64,000 bases of DNA from Botryllus schlosseri (GCA_051294905.1 CM119373.1:2606001-2670000), one strand, 5' to 3'. Shown: positions 1 through 13,672, counted from the stretch's first letter. Notes: generated from the letters alone by a model not told the origin. Numbers and translations: made by a program.

Positions 1-324
1 CTTGATTATGTTGGCCCAGAGAATTTAGCTAGCCAGACTAAATTGATGGAATATGGTCACAGTAAGATAATATTTTGGGCTATTTTACATGAACTTTCCT
101 ACATTTGATTTGATATGTCCACTAGAACAGTTGTTATTCTGCTTTCGAATAAGACCTTAATTGCTGGTTTCAATGGTAACTGTGTTTGTCAAAGGCTGCA
201 AAGGTAATTTCTTTTCCTTGTTATATGTTTATTTGTTTGTTTGTGGTGTTCATGGTGGTGATTCGACTACACTGGTCATTTTACACCAGGCCGGTTCTTA
301 TTATTATTATTCCGTATCTGCCCG

Positions 325-1211
325 ATTACCAGTGAACTCGGCACTTGGTGAATTCGGCCGCACAAACTCGGCACTTGGTGAATTCGGCCGTGGTAGATCT
401 CGTAGCGGTACCGGTCACCATGATTGGTTACTGGAATGTTTGCCGGTGAACTTGGCACTTTGAGTGGTTGTCAATGTTGTACGGCGGTCAGGGCATGCGT
501 AGATCACACAGTCACGGCGTGATTAGATCACAGATTGCGTAATTGCGGGAAATAACGCGACGCTCTTTACTTGGTGAATTCGGCCCTTGGAGGAATTGGC
601 ACTAGAACACCTTCGCATTAGAAATGCATTTAGTATGAATGAACAGTATCAAAAAGGAAATTTAAACGTGTCGTGGCTCGTGGTAAATCTCGTAATCTTG
701 GGATCCTTCAACCGTGTCATCGAGACACCCTAATCCCAGAGTGGAATCGTCTCTCCAAAGGCAAAAAATAATTTATTTTGACTTGATCATGCGAAACATT
801 TGTTGATGAGGAACACTGGCTTGTCGTGATCGATAAACGAAGAAGCGCCGCTTGATGTTCCACAGTTTTGATCTCACATACAACGCCAAGATCCATCTTC
901 TCAAAACTTACACGACACAGGCCCGTGACTCACGCCATCGATTCCAAGCAGACCGCGCGTGGTCGGTATATGAGCGCTGTGTTATTTCCCGTGGCTACGC
1001 AATCCGTGATCTAATCACGCCGTGACTGCGCGATCTACGGATGCCCTGACCTCCTTACAAGATTGACGAATCACTTGATAATACTATTATTAGTTTGATA
1101 ATTCATATTAATAGCTGTAAATACACTTCATTTCAAAATTTCCCGAGGACCGAATTCACCAAGTGTCGAGTTTGTGCGGCCGAGTTCACCAAGTGCCGGG
1201 TGCATCGGCAA
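325..1211. mobile_element. Foldback/MITE-like element with long imperfect inverted arms
   Basis: 331-390 (AACTCGGCACTTGGTGAATTCGGCCG x2) is inverted at ~1149-1204. 487-556 is inverted at ~980-1050. No TSD resolved. Confidence 0.6.
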
Positions 1212-1844
1212 CCATCTGCCCACTTACAGCACGGCCCACTCCTAGGCTTTTTAAGACATGGCTATGCGAATCAGATGGCGAGGAGGAGCCTAGATAAACG
1301 GCCAACACTTCGGTAGGAATTATGGAGTCGACGTGTCACGCTCGAACCCGCAATTCATTGGTGTTTAGCTATAATGGAACGTACCACTACGTTTCCTCGC
1401 CATACCTTGTAAAATGAGACCGTAGCATTTGGCATTTCGTGGGGCAATTGACTTTTGTGTGGAAAATTGTGTTCGTTTTAGAACTTATCCGAAACTTTTA
1501 TTCCGCCATAGATTGTATATGATAAAACGATATCGGAATTGATCCTAGAAGAATTCCAAAGCAACTCACCACAAATGAGGATTTAAAGAAGTTTGATGGA
1601 AAATTGAATGAAAGCAAAAGCCTTTGCAAGAGATGTGGTATGTTGAATCTGTTTTGGTATTTTTAAATAGGTCTACTTTGTTGTGCCGATAGCAGACGGT
1701 ATATATAAACGTAAGATGTGGAAGCTATCAAGGTGTTTTTAGAAATTCAGTCAGTCAAAGTGGACGATCGTATTGCTTGGATTATATTTAGGCTTATTTT
1801 AGCATCTTTGAGATGCAACTCTAAACGTGGACGGTCATGAACAG

Positions 1845-2510
1845 TAGGGCTCTTCAAAAATGACTTTTTTTCTCAAATCGTACTGGCTACTTGATAAAAT
1901 TGTTAGGTTACCTAATTTAAGCCTACAAACAAAATATGGTTCAAATCCAGCCAGTATCCGCTTTGCTACAAGAGAAGAAAGTACCTATTTATTATATAAA
2001 AATGAATAATAAAAAATTTGAAGATTTTCTGTTAACCCCATGAAAGTGTTAGGCTGTCTATAGAAACGATGCTCACCAAATTTGGTTCAATTCCAACCAG
2101 TGGAAGCGGAGTTATTGTTGTCGAAAAATTTGGATTTTAATAAAATAGTACTTACGGTGAGCACAACTTTAATAAGTAAACAAAGAATCGGTCACCGTAA
2201 ATACTATTTTATTCAAATCCAAATTTTTCGACGGCAATATCTCCGCTTCCACTGGTTGGAATTGAACCAAATTTGGTGAGCATCGTTTCTATAGACAGCC
2301 TAACACTTTCATGGGGTGAACAGAAAATTTTCAAATTTTTATTACCTATTTATTTTTATATAATAAATAGAAACTTTCTTCTCCTGTAGCAAAGCGGTTA
2401 CTGGCTGGAATTGAACCAAATTTTGTGTTTAGGCTTAAATTAGGTAACCTAATAATTTTATCAAGTAGCCAGAACGATTTGAGAAAAAAAGTCATATTTT
2501 AAGAGCCCTA
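1845..2510. mobile_element. Near-fully palindromic hAT-type MITE (~315-bp arms, ~30-bp loop)
   Basis: Termini TAGGGCTCTT...AAGAGCCCTA. Arms 1845-2160 and 2192-2510 are near reverse complements. Flanks ATGAACAG/ATGTCCAT are a possible decayed TSD. Confidence 0.85.
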
Positions 2511-2852
2511 ATGTCCATGTCAGAGAAACGTTTTAGGGTAGGCCTACTCATATGTCTCGCAGCGTTCTCTACATAATTGTCAATTGCGATACAAACTGTT
2601 TGCTTGTATTGGTAAAGCCATCCAACTTCGAATTGTAAAATGTTGGGAGTCTTGATATCAAATTTTTGAAAGGTGCACTTTGAGAAGATTTCGGAATCTG
2701 TCAAATTATACAAAAATTTAGCAAATTCTTTGACATATTTCATCTATTTGGGACTCGATCAACGTAAAAGAATTGGTAATCATTTTATACAATATATTGT
2801 ATTTGTAGTTGAAGTATAGGGCCTAGTAATAATTCTTATGGTTACCGCACTT

Positions 2853-2926
2853 GTAACGATTCACGGCCATAACTGGAATAATTAGAATGGTAACGATTCA
2901 CGGCCATAACTGGAATAATTAGAATG
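2853..2926. repeat. Tandem duplication, 2 x 37 bp
   Basis: GTAACGATTCACGGCCATAACTGGAATAATTAGAATG at 2853 and 2890. Confidence 0.9.
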
Positions 2927-4844
2927 ATGTAACTTTCAAATTGTCATGCATTTTGCAACAACATTGTTCTCAATTTTCAAGGTGCTGACCATTCGAGGAA
3001 GAATCACCCACCGGGAATTCACGATCCGTAAACGCGGCCGACTGTTTCTCTCCTCAAGCGGAAGCGACAGAAAAGAGGAACGAAGAGAAAAAAAGGAGCA
3101 GAAATAGCAAGAGTGTGACAAGTCGCGTCCGTTCGCTTTAATGCGTATTTCCATCCGCGAAGTAGTAGGTGGGAAAACTAATGGGCGTTTGGTTAGCGCT
3201 TATATAAGGTTGACTCCAGCGCTGTATTTGCTAAATGTTGCTATGAAATAGGGGTGGTGTCATTTGGTATCAATATTGACTATTGAAAGACCATTTGTTA
3301 GTGGTCATGGATTTGTTCGGCCAGTATGCAGTAATTTCTGATGGTCACTTCCCGGGCTTCTGTTCTCTAACCCCTCATGATTGTTATTCTGCTTCTAGTA
3401 AGACTGTCGATTCTAATGTTTTATCGTATCATTTGTGGGAGGTTTCGCTCGCTTTTTTTTACAACGTTTTGCTCTCTGCTAGGTCAATTACTGGCTGAGT
3501 ATCACTACAGCCTAAGAAACTGCACTAATTCTCATTTTAATGTCTTGCTGGTTATCTAGCTGTCAATTCTAATAATTTATTAATGTCTATACCAGTGCCG
3601 CCACTCAAATGTTTTGTTCTCTGTACACAATATTATTAGGTCTTCAGCTTTCCATGCAGAGTATCATTCCACTTTCTAGACTTGAGTATATATCTCTCCA
3701 ACTAGCTGCCAAATAACTGATTCATTTGGATTGTTGAATTGATCATTTTGGACAGAATGTGAAGAAATTTTAGTCAAGAATTCTTTTTGTGTTAGTGGCT
3801 GTTTTCAAAGAGTGCTGAAGTAGTCATCGTTGATCTTGATAATCAAGTAGAAGTGACGATTGAAGTCAGTTCTCTAGTCATATAATATTAAAAAATATAA
3901 TAATAAAACTTGAAAACATGAGTGGAAATAGTTCAGAATCGAATCCATTTTAGTAAGTATGGGCGAAAAAAATGTAGGAGTCATTCGTTAGTCGCTACCT
4001 CTGCCATTTTCGCAGTACGAATGTCTTAGCTATTAATCATCATTTTCATTTTATTTCTGCAGGGTGTTGAAAAGAAAAGGCCGCATGCTGGTTATTTAAC
4101 TGGCTCATCAGAAGATGAAACCTGATGATAAGGACTGTTTTCACTTTCTTTCTAAAGACATTCGTTCGTTTTATTTTTTACAACGGCATTATTGCCAATT
4201 CGTTTGAAATTAAATTATCACAAATGTGATTAATATGTAGTAAATAATGTGGTGTGTGTACGCAGCCGTGATCAGGGTTAAGCCCATAGTGGTAGAAAAC
4301 AGGTTATTATATCAGGATATTCTTCTTCTAACGTAGGATCTACATTCTACTCACCATGTTTAAAGGCTGTAGCATCTGCATAATATTTACATTATTGAAG
4401 GACATGGAAAAGACGTTGAATTGAGTCGACACAAAATCCCCCTTTCTACGACCTGCCAAGATCTAATATCTACTATATCGGCTCGGCTTTTCTACATCTT
4501 TGGTCTGTACTGTGTTTGCTGGGATGTTTTCCACATATGTATTTACAATGCAATGGATGGAGAGATAGAACAGAAGATTATTATGAGAACATAACGGAGT
4601 GATGAGTCGCAAAAATGAAATTCATATTTTTGTAATCAGCACAGCAGCAGCTTTCCATTGGTACCCGTTTTATCAAATTTAGCAGTTGGGAGGCCGGTCA
4701 AATATGACCGTACAATTGCCTATGGCCAAATGGAAAGTGTGATATAGATGTAGAATATCGTGGCATATGCTGGATTAAAGGCGTTACAAAGTGCATATGA
4801 AACCTTGAATTTTCCGGATCAGTAATCTACGCCGACTACTCGCG

Positions 4845-6957
4845 TTGAAGAAAAACGGTGTCTTGACAGCGGAAATATATAGCTCAATCAGACCAACGGG
4901 ATCGCAAAGACCACGCATGTATGGACTACCAAAAACTCACAATGAAAACGTCCGAATGAGACCGATACTTTCCATGATCGGGCGTGCTCAACATCAACTG
5001 GCAAAATGGCTTATCGTCATTTTGGAACCTGTTCGTGAACTGTACGGCAACGAATGTATTCGAGATTCATACACTTTCGCCAGTGAGACGCGAAACCTGA
5101 ACCTGCAGACTTCAGAAGTGTTCCTGAGCTCATTTGATATCTCTAGTCTATTTACAAACGTTCCGCTGCAACTGACTATTGATATTCGTGCGAACGCGCT
5201 TTACGGCGGTAAGCTAGCACCACCATCATTCTCGCGTAAAGTTTTCGTTGAACTTTTACAGGCAGCTACCTGTTCTGTTGAATTTAGCTTTAACGATGTT
5301 ATCTATAAACAAAGAGACGGCATATCGATGGGATCTCCCTTGGGACCTGTTTTTGCTAACACTTTCGTAGGATATTATGAGGGCGAGGGCATATTCAGGA
5401 ATGAGTTGGACTGTGATCAATTTCTCATTCACTTAAACTCGTTTCACCCGGCTCTGCTATTCACAATTGAAAAAGAACGAAATAACTCATTGCCATTTTT
5501 GGACGTTTCAGTCGAAAAACATGATACCAATAAATTTGAAACATCAATCTTCAGGAAACCGACATTCACTGGCCAATACCTTCGTTGGAATTCATTTAGT
5601 CCCAGACGCAGAAAAATCAACCTCATAGGCACGCTCGTGCATAGAGCGTTGATGATATGTTCGGGTAATAAACTGAAGTCAGAACTTGACAACATCCGCA
5701 AAATCTTACTTGATAACGGTTACCCTGAACATGTCATCAACTACGGCATAGAGAGGAAGGTAACGCAATTCAATGCAGAAAAGTCAACAGAGCCTACCGA
5801 ACGAACAACCAAAGATGTTTTCATCCATCTACCTTGGATACGGCCTATTTCCACCCGCTTTGAAAAGCAATCGATTTCAGCGGTCAATAAGTGTTACGAC
5901 ACAGTGAAGACCAACGTGATTTTCACGACAACGCAGCTGCTCCCTGCAACACGTAATGACGTGCTTCCCGCACTTCAACAAAGCAATGTAGTTTACGAAT
6001 TTAAGTGTCACTGTGATTGTGGCTACGTGGGAAGAACGTCAAAGCGCTTGCAGGAACGCATAAATCAGCATGTCCCTAGATTCTTCAGAACACGCTTGGT
6101 GAAAAGCTCACCCTTAGCGCATCCGCTCAAGATTGATGCGGAACAATCAAAGGCCATAAATTCTGCAATTAGCAATCACTTGTTGGATAATCCAGCATGT
6201 GGGAAAAATTATCGAGACGACAGATTTCGCATACTCGGGAAGGGTCGTTCCAGGGTTGTAATGACTCGAGTCATGACTTGACTCGAGTCTGACTCGAGTC
6301 ACGATATTATGATGACTCGACTAGACTCGAGTCATTTTCTCAAAATACGGCAATGAGTCGACTCGACTCGAGTCAATCAGTGTATTGACTCGACTTGGAC
6401 TCGAGTCATTGCGCATGAGTCGAATTAAGTCATGTGACTCGAGACTCAGACGGCCAAGACCGACATTTCATTGTAATTTCGAAGAATAGTGTAGTAACCA
6501 CACTATTGGGATTTCGTCTATTGGTACTGGTACTTGAAAATGCGACTAGAAACTGCTAAAAATGAGGAAAATTAGTATATTATAAATGCGAACCATTCAA
6601 TATCACCAACCAGAGTTATAAAAAGTGGATTTAGCAAGACTTTAACTGGAAACTGGTCAGTCAACACAATGACTTGGACTCGACTAGAGTCATAATACCA
6701 TGACTCGGACTCGACCCTCTGCTCGCTGACTTGGACTCGGACTTGACTCGGCGGTGAATTAAAAATGACTCGACTTGACTCGAGTCAACACTATAAAAGA
6801 GAGATTGACTTGTGACTCGGAGCCTCGAGACTTGGTTACAACCCTGGGTCGTTCACACTTTAATTTGTGTGCCTTGGAGTCGACTTTTATCAAAATGCAC
6901 CAGCCAAGGCTGTGTCAACAAAAAGAGTGCGTGTATCATCTAAAAATAGTACATTGA
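4845..6957 (+). pseudogene. Penelope-like RT/GIY-YIG ORF: 4845-6250 joined to 6855-6957 after removing the MITE; RT catalytic YxDD missing
   Basis: Excising 6251-6854 (MITE plus one TSD) restores ...ILGKGRS/HFNLCALESTFIKMHQPRLCQQKECVYHLKIVH* in frame. There is no YxDD between GSPLGP and LPFLDV. The TTG start is only the truncation point. Confidence 0.88.
6251..6846. mobile_element. hAT MITE family A (596 bp, GACTCGAGTC-rich)
   Basis: TIR CAGGGTTGTAA/TTACAACCCTG. Perfect 8-bp TSD GGTCGTTC (6243-6250, 6847-6854). Confidence 0.95.
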
Positions 6958-7063
6958 ACGCTCTCGTATTCGACATTTCGTTCTGGTGAGGTCATATTTT
7001 GTGCTACGATTGTTGATATACGATGTTCTTTTGAATTCTTTACTATAGTTGCTGACGATTATT

Positions 7064-7097
7064 ACCCCTGACGAGTGTCAGCCGTAAATATTCGGGT
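7064..7097 (+). ncRNA. Degenerate minimal type I hammerhead ribozyme of the Penelope-like element
   Basis: ACCC-CTGACGA-GTGTCAGCC-G(T)AAA-TAT-TC-GGGT. Stem I ACCC/GGGT, core CUGANGA, palindromic AATATT stem III, UC cleavage site. There is an extra T in the GAAA core. Confidence 0.6.
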
Positions 7098-7868
7098 TCA
7101 TTTAAACATGAATAAATCATTCAATCATCTATTATGGTGAAATTGCAGCGCTTTGAATTGGAACAGCAATAAATCTGTCAAGAGTGACGAAAGCACTAGA
7201 GCTGTACGACGGTGAGAAGTATGACGAATGCCTGCCATTTCTCAAATACAATGGCAGCGCTAATCTAGCTTTCCAAAGGTGCAGCATGCTGCTATTTGCA
7301 GGCAATTGGCAGTCCGGACTTCGTCGTTTTAAAGTCAGAACGAGTAGATGCTACTTCAGCAGGAAGCGCTACGACCAAGAGCGTAAATAATATGGTATGG
7401 GTGAAGATGAAGGAAGTTGCCACAGGACTCCGTCGGGATGAATGTACTGAAAGGATACTAGGCGATCAGGAGAGGTAGGCAAGTGTACGCGGGATGTAAC
7501 GTTGTGCAAGTCGTACAGGTTCCGAGTAATATATAATTTACCAGAAATGACATCTTCCAAACGAATATTACTCGTGACATCAGATTCGCACCCACCACGC
7601 ATACGGTAGTAATACGAGGCAACCCAGCACTATTAACTAGTAGTATTATGTGTTGGCAATTTGTGAAAGAATTCAATTCAGTCATATATAGCTATGGCAT
7701 TCCCACATCCGTCAATATACTGCGTAAATGTTTTCCCGATAGTAATTTTTAATTGGTCTCAATATGATTTTATATTAGCCACCGTGTTCAACAAATTTTC
7801 AAAAGTTATTTGCTTCCGATAAAAAAAACAGGTGATTCTAAACAGTTTTTTATCGGTAAACTAAAGGG

Positions 7869-8405
7869 CAGGGTTGTAACCAAGTCAAAAACTTTCAAGT
7901 CGCAAATCAATTTTACTTTTATAGTTTTGACTCGAGTCATGTCGAGTAATTTTCAATTCTCCACCGAGTCCAGTCCGAGTCCAGTCCGAGTCCGAGTCAG
8001 AGAGGAAAGGGCCGAGTCCGGGTCATAGTGCTGAGACTCGAGTCCTAGTCCAGGTCATTGTGTTCATTGTTCATTATCGAGTTCAAGTGACACTTTCTCA
8101 CTCACTTTTGTGACATTCCTGAGTTATACTGAAGGCCTCGCATTTATAATATATCAATTTTCTAACAGGTAACGTGTTTATTAGGCTGATGTCAGTTTTT
8201 GACCAATTTTCAATTATCGCTTCTGACACAGGAGTATTAGACCGAGTCTGCTAAAATGTCTCGAGTCATGTGTTTTGGGCGAGTATACAAGTCGAGTCAA
8301 TACACGAACTGACTAAATCAAGTTGAGTCCTTTTCCATTTTCAAGTAAATGACCCGAGTCAAGTCGAGTTACCGAAAAATTGCGACTTGAGTCATTGCAA
8401 CCCCG
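7869..8405. mobile_element. hAT MITE family A, older diverged copy
   Basis: CAGGGTTGTAA...TTGCAACCCCG, GACTCGAGTC motifs, TSD CTAAAGGG/CTAATGGC (6/8). Confidence 0.8.
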
Positions 8406-8888
8406 CTAATGGCAGTCACACAGATTCAAAAGTATGACCAATGTGGCACACTGGGACATTACGACGTAAAATTTGAATGTGTTTGAATCTCTTTTTAGTG
8501 TTTCGAAAACTCTAAAGACGCCCAAAAAGTCTTCCGTTAATTGTCTATGTACGTTCAATTCCGATTTACCTGCTATATTTCAAAACTATGAGTTGACTTC
8601 GCGTGAATCCATTCTCCTACGCTAAAAGAAATTACATCGTTTAGTTTTTAAGGTAAACACACCATCAGTCAACTAATTATACTGTAACAGCTGCTATTGC
8701 AATCTTCGGTAATGCGCCAGCACTTCTCCCAGTAAACATAATTTTTGTTGTCTTCAGTCTGACAGTTGTTTTTCACCGATGATGTCTTATGAAGGTAATC
8801 TTCAAGTTTTGTACCATGAGACAGCTCTTTAAGCAAATTCATGACAAGACATGTGACTTCATGCCGATGCCGCGGTGTCGATGTATAC

Positions 8889-9714
8889 CAGAGGCGGGCA
8901 ACATACGGCCCGCGGGCCGGATCCCGCCAGCGAAGGGATATTGTCCGGCCCGCGGACAGTTTTCCGTCTTACATGATTGTGTGGCCCGCGGACCCAGTCT
9001 TCCGGGATTCCCCACTACTTGCTTACATACGTCAAATTTTCGTGACTGTATGTCATTATTCACGTGTATGCGCACTTATTGCATTAACGGCATTTACGAT
9101 GTACTCAACCCTAATGTCATTTGTGGTAATCATGATGGTGTTTGTCGACTATAAGGGTCATTTACACCAGGCCGATTTTTCTTATTTTTGATTCACTTGT
9201 AGCACGGCACACTTCTAGGCTTCTGTAAGACACCGCTCGTGCCAGAGGTCGCCAACTCAAAACGGGTCGGGGGCCACTTTCAAATTTCGCGGAGGCCGCG
9301 GGCCACATGAATTCAATATCGAGATAAAATAGGCCACATAGTTGAACAACTACGCTATCTCGTCATATACCAAACCTTAATGAATTGATATCTTGGTAAA
9401 CTTGGGGTACCGGGCTTATGAAACGCCTTGAAATCCTAATTAAGAATGGCACCGTGTGTTGATTGATCAGAGAGAAGCAGACATGGTGGTGCCTGTATGA
9501 CAATGCTGTTCTCAAATCCACATGGTCTTCGTCATTATTGGCGAGAAATGGCTTTGAAGTTACATTGCTGTCGTTGAAATACATTCAATAAATACGATTT
9601 ATTCCTTGTATATGTGATAAATGGGCGAATAATGTATCGATTCAGCAATCCGGCCCGCCAAGTTCCTAATTTTCCTATATCCGGCCCGCCGACTGGAGAA
9701 GTTGCCCGCCCCTG
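8889..9714. mobile_element. hAT (Charlie-like) MITE family C
   Basis: TIR CAGAGGCGGGCAAC/GTTGCCCGCCCCTG, GGCCCGC subterminal motifs, perfect TSD ATGTATAC. Homologous to 26654-27808. Confidence 0.92.
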
Positions 9715-9992
9715 ATGTATACCATAATGTGGTAAATCACAGGTGGCATAATGCAACCGCCTTGCGGGATTTGATTACTTCTGACTAGGGCAAGTTTTGC
9801 AGCTTTCGCAACTTTCTTTACAGCTTGCGGCAGCTTCCGAAATACTCAGAAGTTACGTGTTATGGTGTTTTAAGCTGTTTGAAGGAATCTGATATTTGAA
9901 CGTTTTGCAACTTTCTCCATTTCTTCATGCAACTTTTTGCTGCGTTTTCGATTTTTCATGCAATTATTCATCCTGAGCTATATGTTCAAACC

Positions 9993-12954
9993 CAGAGATG
10001 GTAACGAAGTCAGTAACGAAGTACTTCTACTTTTTTGAAGTACTCGAGTAGTTTTCTGCTACTTGGGTATTTACTCAAGTAGTTCTAATTTACCACTACT
10101 TCTACTTTTACTTTGTAATATTTTGTGATCTGCTTACTTACTTTTCGCTATTTTCAGTTTGTCAAGTAGAAGTAGTTTAATCCTCTATTCAGGGAGATAG
10201 CCTGTGGAATTTCGGGGCTATGACGGAGCATCAACATTTAATTTTCACGAAAAATTGAGTAAAGCCAAGGATTTTCGTCGCGCTTCGCGCACAGTGGATA
10301 TGGAGTGACCGATACGATTTCACGAAAGTATCGGAGAATATAATTTAGGTAGCGGGTTGCTTGGTTCCTTTAACACCGCATTGTCGCCCATATAAAATAT
10401 TTCATCTCAGTATATGCGGCCTATCATAACGCTTGAAATTGATGTTTTAAGCATATACTTATCATATCGTAATCTAGCAGACCATGGCGTGTCCTAATCT
10501 GGAAAAGGGTACTCTGACTTTTTCTAGCTTTAGTCCTGTTTTAGCATACCACGTTTGAAACTTTTTGGACTAAAGACATGAAATAAAATTTCCGATTTTG
10601 GAACTAGTATTTATATTTCTCTCTCAATTACCAGTATCATACTTTGAGTTCTAATTAGTTTCAATTTTTGTCTTGAGAATATACATGCTGATGGTTGAAG
10701 TATAGAAGCCAGTGTTTATTGTTGTATGTGGGGATAATGGTGCTTAACTACTAAGGTCTTGTGCACTAGACCACTTCAAAACTAATATATCCGCAAAAAT
10801 ATATTGATCGGTTGACCAATACGAATTCAAAGACAGGCTGAATTGTATACCGACTGGATAATAGGGCGTGTACTGTCGTGTCTACATGGTTCCGTCTAAC
10901 CGCACTCTCAAATATTCTCTCTGGGAAGCATATACTGGGCAAACTAGCCGGAAGTGTTCGACTGTCTTCTATACCATGCACGCGTGGCACAGGCCAACTT
11001 CGCGGCTTTTTATACAATAAAGATGAGAATTCAACCAACAATGTCCCGATTTCAACCTCAATATAATAATATAATAAAGCATGCGTAGTAATGCCGTTAA
11101 GTTCCGGAAATAAAGCTACACAATATGAAATTTTTACGATCCACCATATTTTCTATTACCGTTCACTAATCGCGCAAAGTGTTTACACCTGGGGTGGGCA
11201 ATTATTTTCTTCCGCAGGCCAAATGAGAAGTAAAAAATACGTTGGCGGACCAAGTGAAAATTTTTAGCTATATTCTCCAGTGTGTTATAATTTTATTTCT
11301 AAATGAAATTGTTAATAAATGCTGCTCAGAGAATGTGTTGATATTAAGTAATGAAAAAATGACTGATAATTAAAAATATATATTTGCCGTCATGATTCGA
11401 AACAATGTTAAAAATTATACATTTTAACTCTCTTTAAACCTCTATCCACGTTCTTCTATTAACTCTCTAAAGCACTGGTTTTCAAACTTTTTTAGGCACG
11501 CCTCCATTCATGATAGAAACAATTTCGCGCCCCCCTTATCATGATATCACAAAATATTAAAAAGTGCAACCAGAATGCTAACAACCCCAACGGATAGTTT
11601 GATGGCATGGAAGATCATGGCCGTTGATGAAAGAATTCTGAAATATCAAAGTCGGAGCTAGACACGGAGCAACAACTATAAGCTGAAAAATTTGTTCAAT
11701 AAACTTCGGCTTCGTGCCACCCTTCTGATGCTTTTACGTCCCTTAGTTCGAGAACCACCGCACTGAAATACATATGCAATAGTATAAAGCTTATTTTCTT
11801 GTTCGCTGCCTTCCGAGCAGTTTGCAGCTTCAATAGCCTTTATGTTGAGCGAAGCTTGCATTTTTCTGAACTTCGCCCTCCCTTGACCGAGTGTTTCGTG
11901 GTTTTGTCACAAGACCGACTTCAATTAAAATCTTTAATCTCTGCGACATGCTCGGCAAAAACTTAAATAACGGGTTCACCTCTCACTCCAATATAGCAAT
12001 GTTTTGTGCTCTAAATTCTAAACCTAAACCTTCTTTGAATTTCAGTTTTCGGCTTTCTTTTTTTTTTTGATTGCCAGTTAATACTTTATGGGTGATAGAT
12101 ATGATGAGTCATATAGTAATTGTGATCATTGATTGACTTGATTTACTGATTAGGGATTTGGAAACGTATCACGTACCTATTTGAAACACGTACCGTATAA
12201 TGCGTAATGTGACAATGGCAACAAGGCAGGTTCGAACTAAACTATATGGAAAGAATGACTTCTTGTGACTACTCAAACTTTGCCGCAGTGCCTTTATTTT
12301 GAATCTTGATTACACATGCAAGGCAAGTAGGCAGCGTAATCGTGGCATATTAATGAACAGGATTCAAAGTAAACGAATTTCCTGTTCATTTGATACAGCC
12401 TATGGTTTTAGTCATTCAAAAAGCAAGCTTTATGTTTTGAATTCCAAGCAACCTTTCACGGGCCGCACTTTGCCCAGGTCTGGTTTTCACGGTGTCCGAT
12501 ACAACTTCTGCGTATTGCTCTTCAACTAAACTACGGACCTTATAATATGGGGGAGGGTGCCATACCATGATAGTTTTAAAACGGACTATTCGAGTAAAAA
12601 GAGGATTAGCATCGCATTTCCCTATCAATACTATCATTTTCATCCCATGAAGCGGACGAATGCCTATGCTGTCGAAAATTGGATACCTCCTGGTATGCAT
12701 CAATATGAATCAATCTCTGCCCCTTTCGCGTGGCTCAATTTGCAGCTTTTGACAATCCATGCGAACGAATTACGATCGTTTTCACAACTACTTACTTAAT
12801 TGAGTAGATTTAAAGTCAGTAAATTCTGCTTCTACTTCAAGTAGTTTTAGGTTGCTTATGAAATAAGTACTTCCACTCGTACTTGAGTAGATTGTTTTCG
12901 TCGCTACTTCTACTTCTACGTGAGTAGATTTCTCGACTACTTTGATCACTTCTG
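9993..12954. mobile_element. hAT MITE family B (TACTT-rich ends) carrying nested insertions
   Basis: Colinear with 23836-25117 and 33399-34675. Extra DNA at ~10710-11085 and 11189-12482. TSD decayed. Confidence 0.85.
11189..12482. mobile_element. hAT MITE nested in the family B copy
   Basis: CTGGGGTGGGCAA...TTGCCCAGGTCTG, TSD GTTTACAC/GTTTTCAC. Family B sequence resumes colinearly afterwards. Confidence 0.8.
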
Positions 12955-13672
12955 TTCATAGGCTACCCCACGGCAAGACAATTGATGAGTGTCTTAAGTG
13001 TGAGGATCAGGCGGACCACTTGTAATTACTTACTTATTTGAAGCATATCATTATTTCGTGACCTTTCGAGAAAGTTGTTACCACTCAAAAGATTGCTCAC
13101 GCGTACCACAACCAATTAAAAAAGAAAGTAGGTCTTTGTTGAGATGCGCACGATTCCCAGTTAACATTAATTCATTTCGCATTTATTGCCTATCTGCTTA
13201 GTCCAGTTGTACCGCGGGACTCAGATTGCAAGGACATGGCCATCCCGCGCGATCTTAGACCAAGGCTCTAACGCAGGCGATCTTTCTGGGATCGCACTTT
13301 GTGTTGGCTAAAACTTGTCTGTGTTGGTGTGTATTTTTGGCGCCGAAATGCTGGCGCCTAATAGTCCCGCAACCGCAGGTAGGACACACTAATACACTTA
13401 TATTCAATTCGGTACATCTTGCGTATTTTTATTCAGGCCTGTAGTTCCTGATTTTGATTTATCGAGTACGGGTACTCAACAATTAAAAACTCCTAAAATT
13501 ATACATCGCGCAAAGCGCGAAGAAAACTGTGGACTTTCCATCATATGCTCAAAAATACTAAACCTTATATTAATTCACGAAAAATTTCAAACTATTTTAA
13601 AGGGGTTAGGGCGCCTTTCGCCCCTCCTGGCTACGCTATTGGGTTACGGGTGACAGATGGTTTAATCTAGAA

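Larger units (their letters stand above)
4842..7120 (+). mobile_element. 5'-truncated Penelope-like retroelement (RT + GIY-YIG), interrupted by a MITE
   Basis: RT motifs YGLPKTH, RPILS, SFDISSLFTNVP, QRDGISMGSPLGP, LPFLDV, RKPTFT. GIY-YIG motif NVVYEFKCHCDCGYVGRTSKRLQERINQH and SAISNHL. The 3' end has a hammerhead-like motif and AATAAA. Confidence 0.93.

Noticed and set aside
3270..4130. Plus-strand gene with TATA (~3206) and intron 3953-4062
   Set aside because: Splicing creates an immediate stop and there is no recognisable product. Probably decayed transposon DNA.
6251..6846. GACTCGAGTC, GATTAC, TACTT and GGATTA arrays as CRISPR or telomeric repeats
   Set aside because: No constant repeat-spacer period. 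They are subterminal motifs within TIR/TSD-bounded MITEs in a eukaryotic context.
7184..7478. Overlapping short ORFs ending near a donor-like site after the Penelope element
   Set aside because: Frameshifted, with no recognisable motif; cannot be supported.
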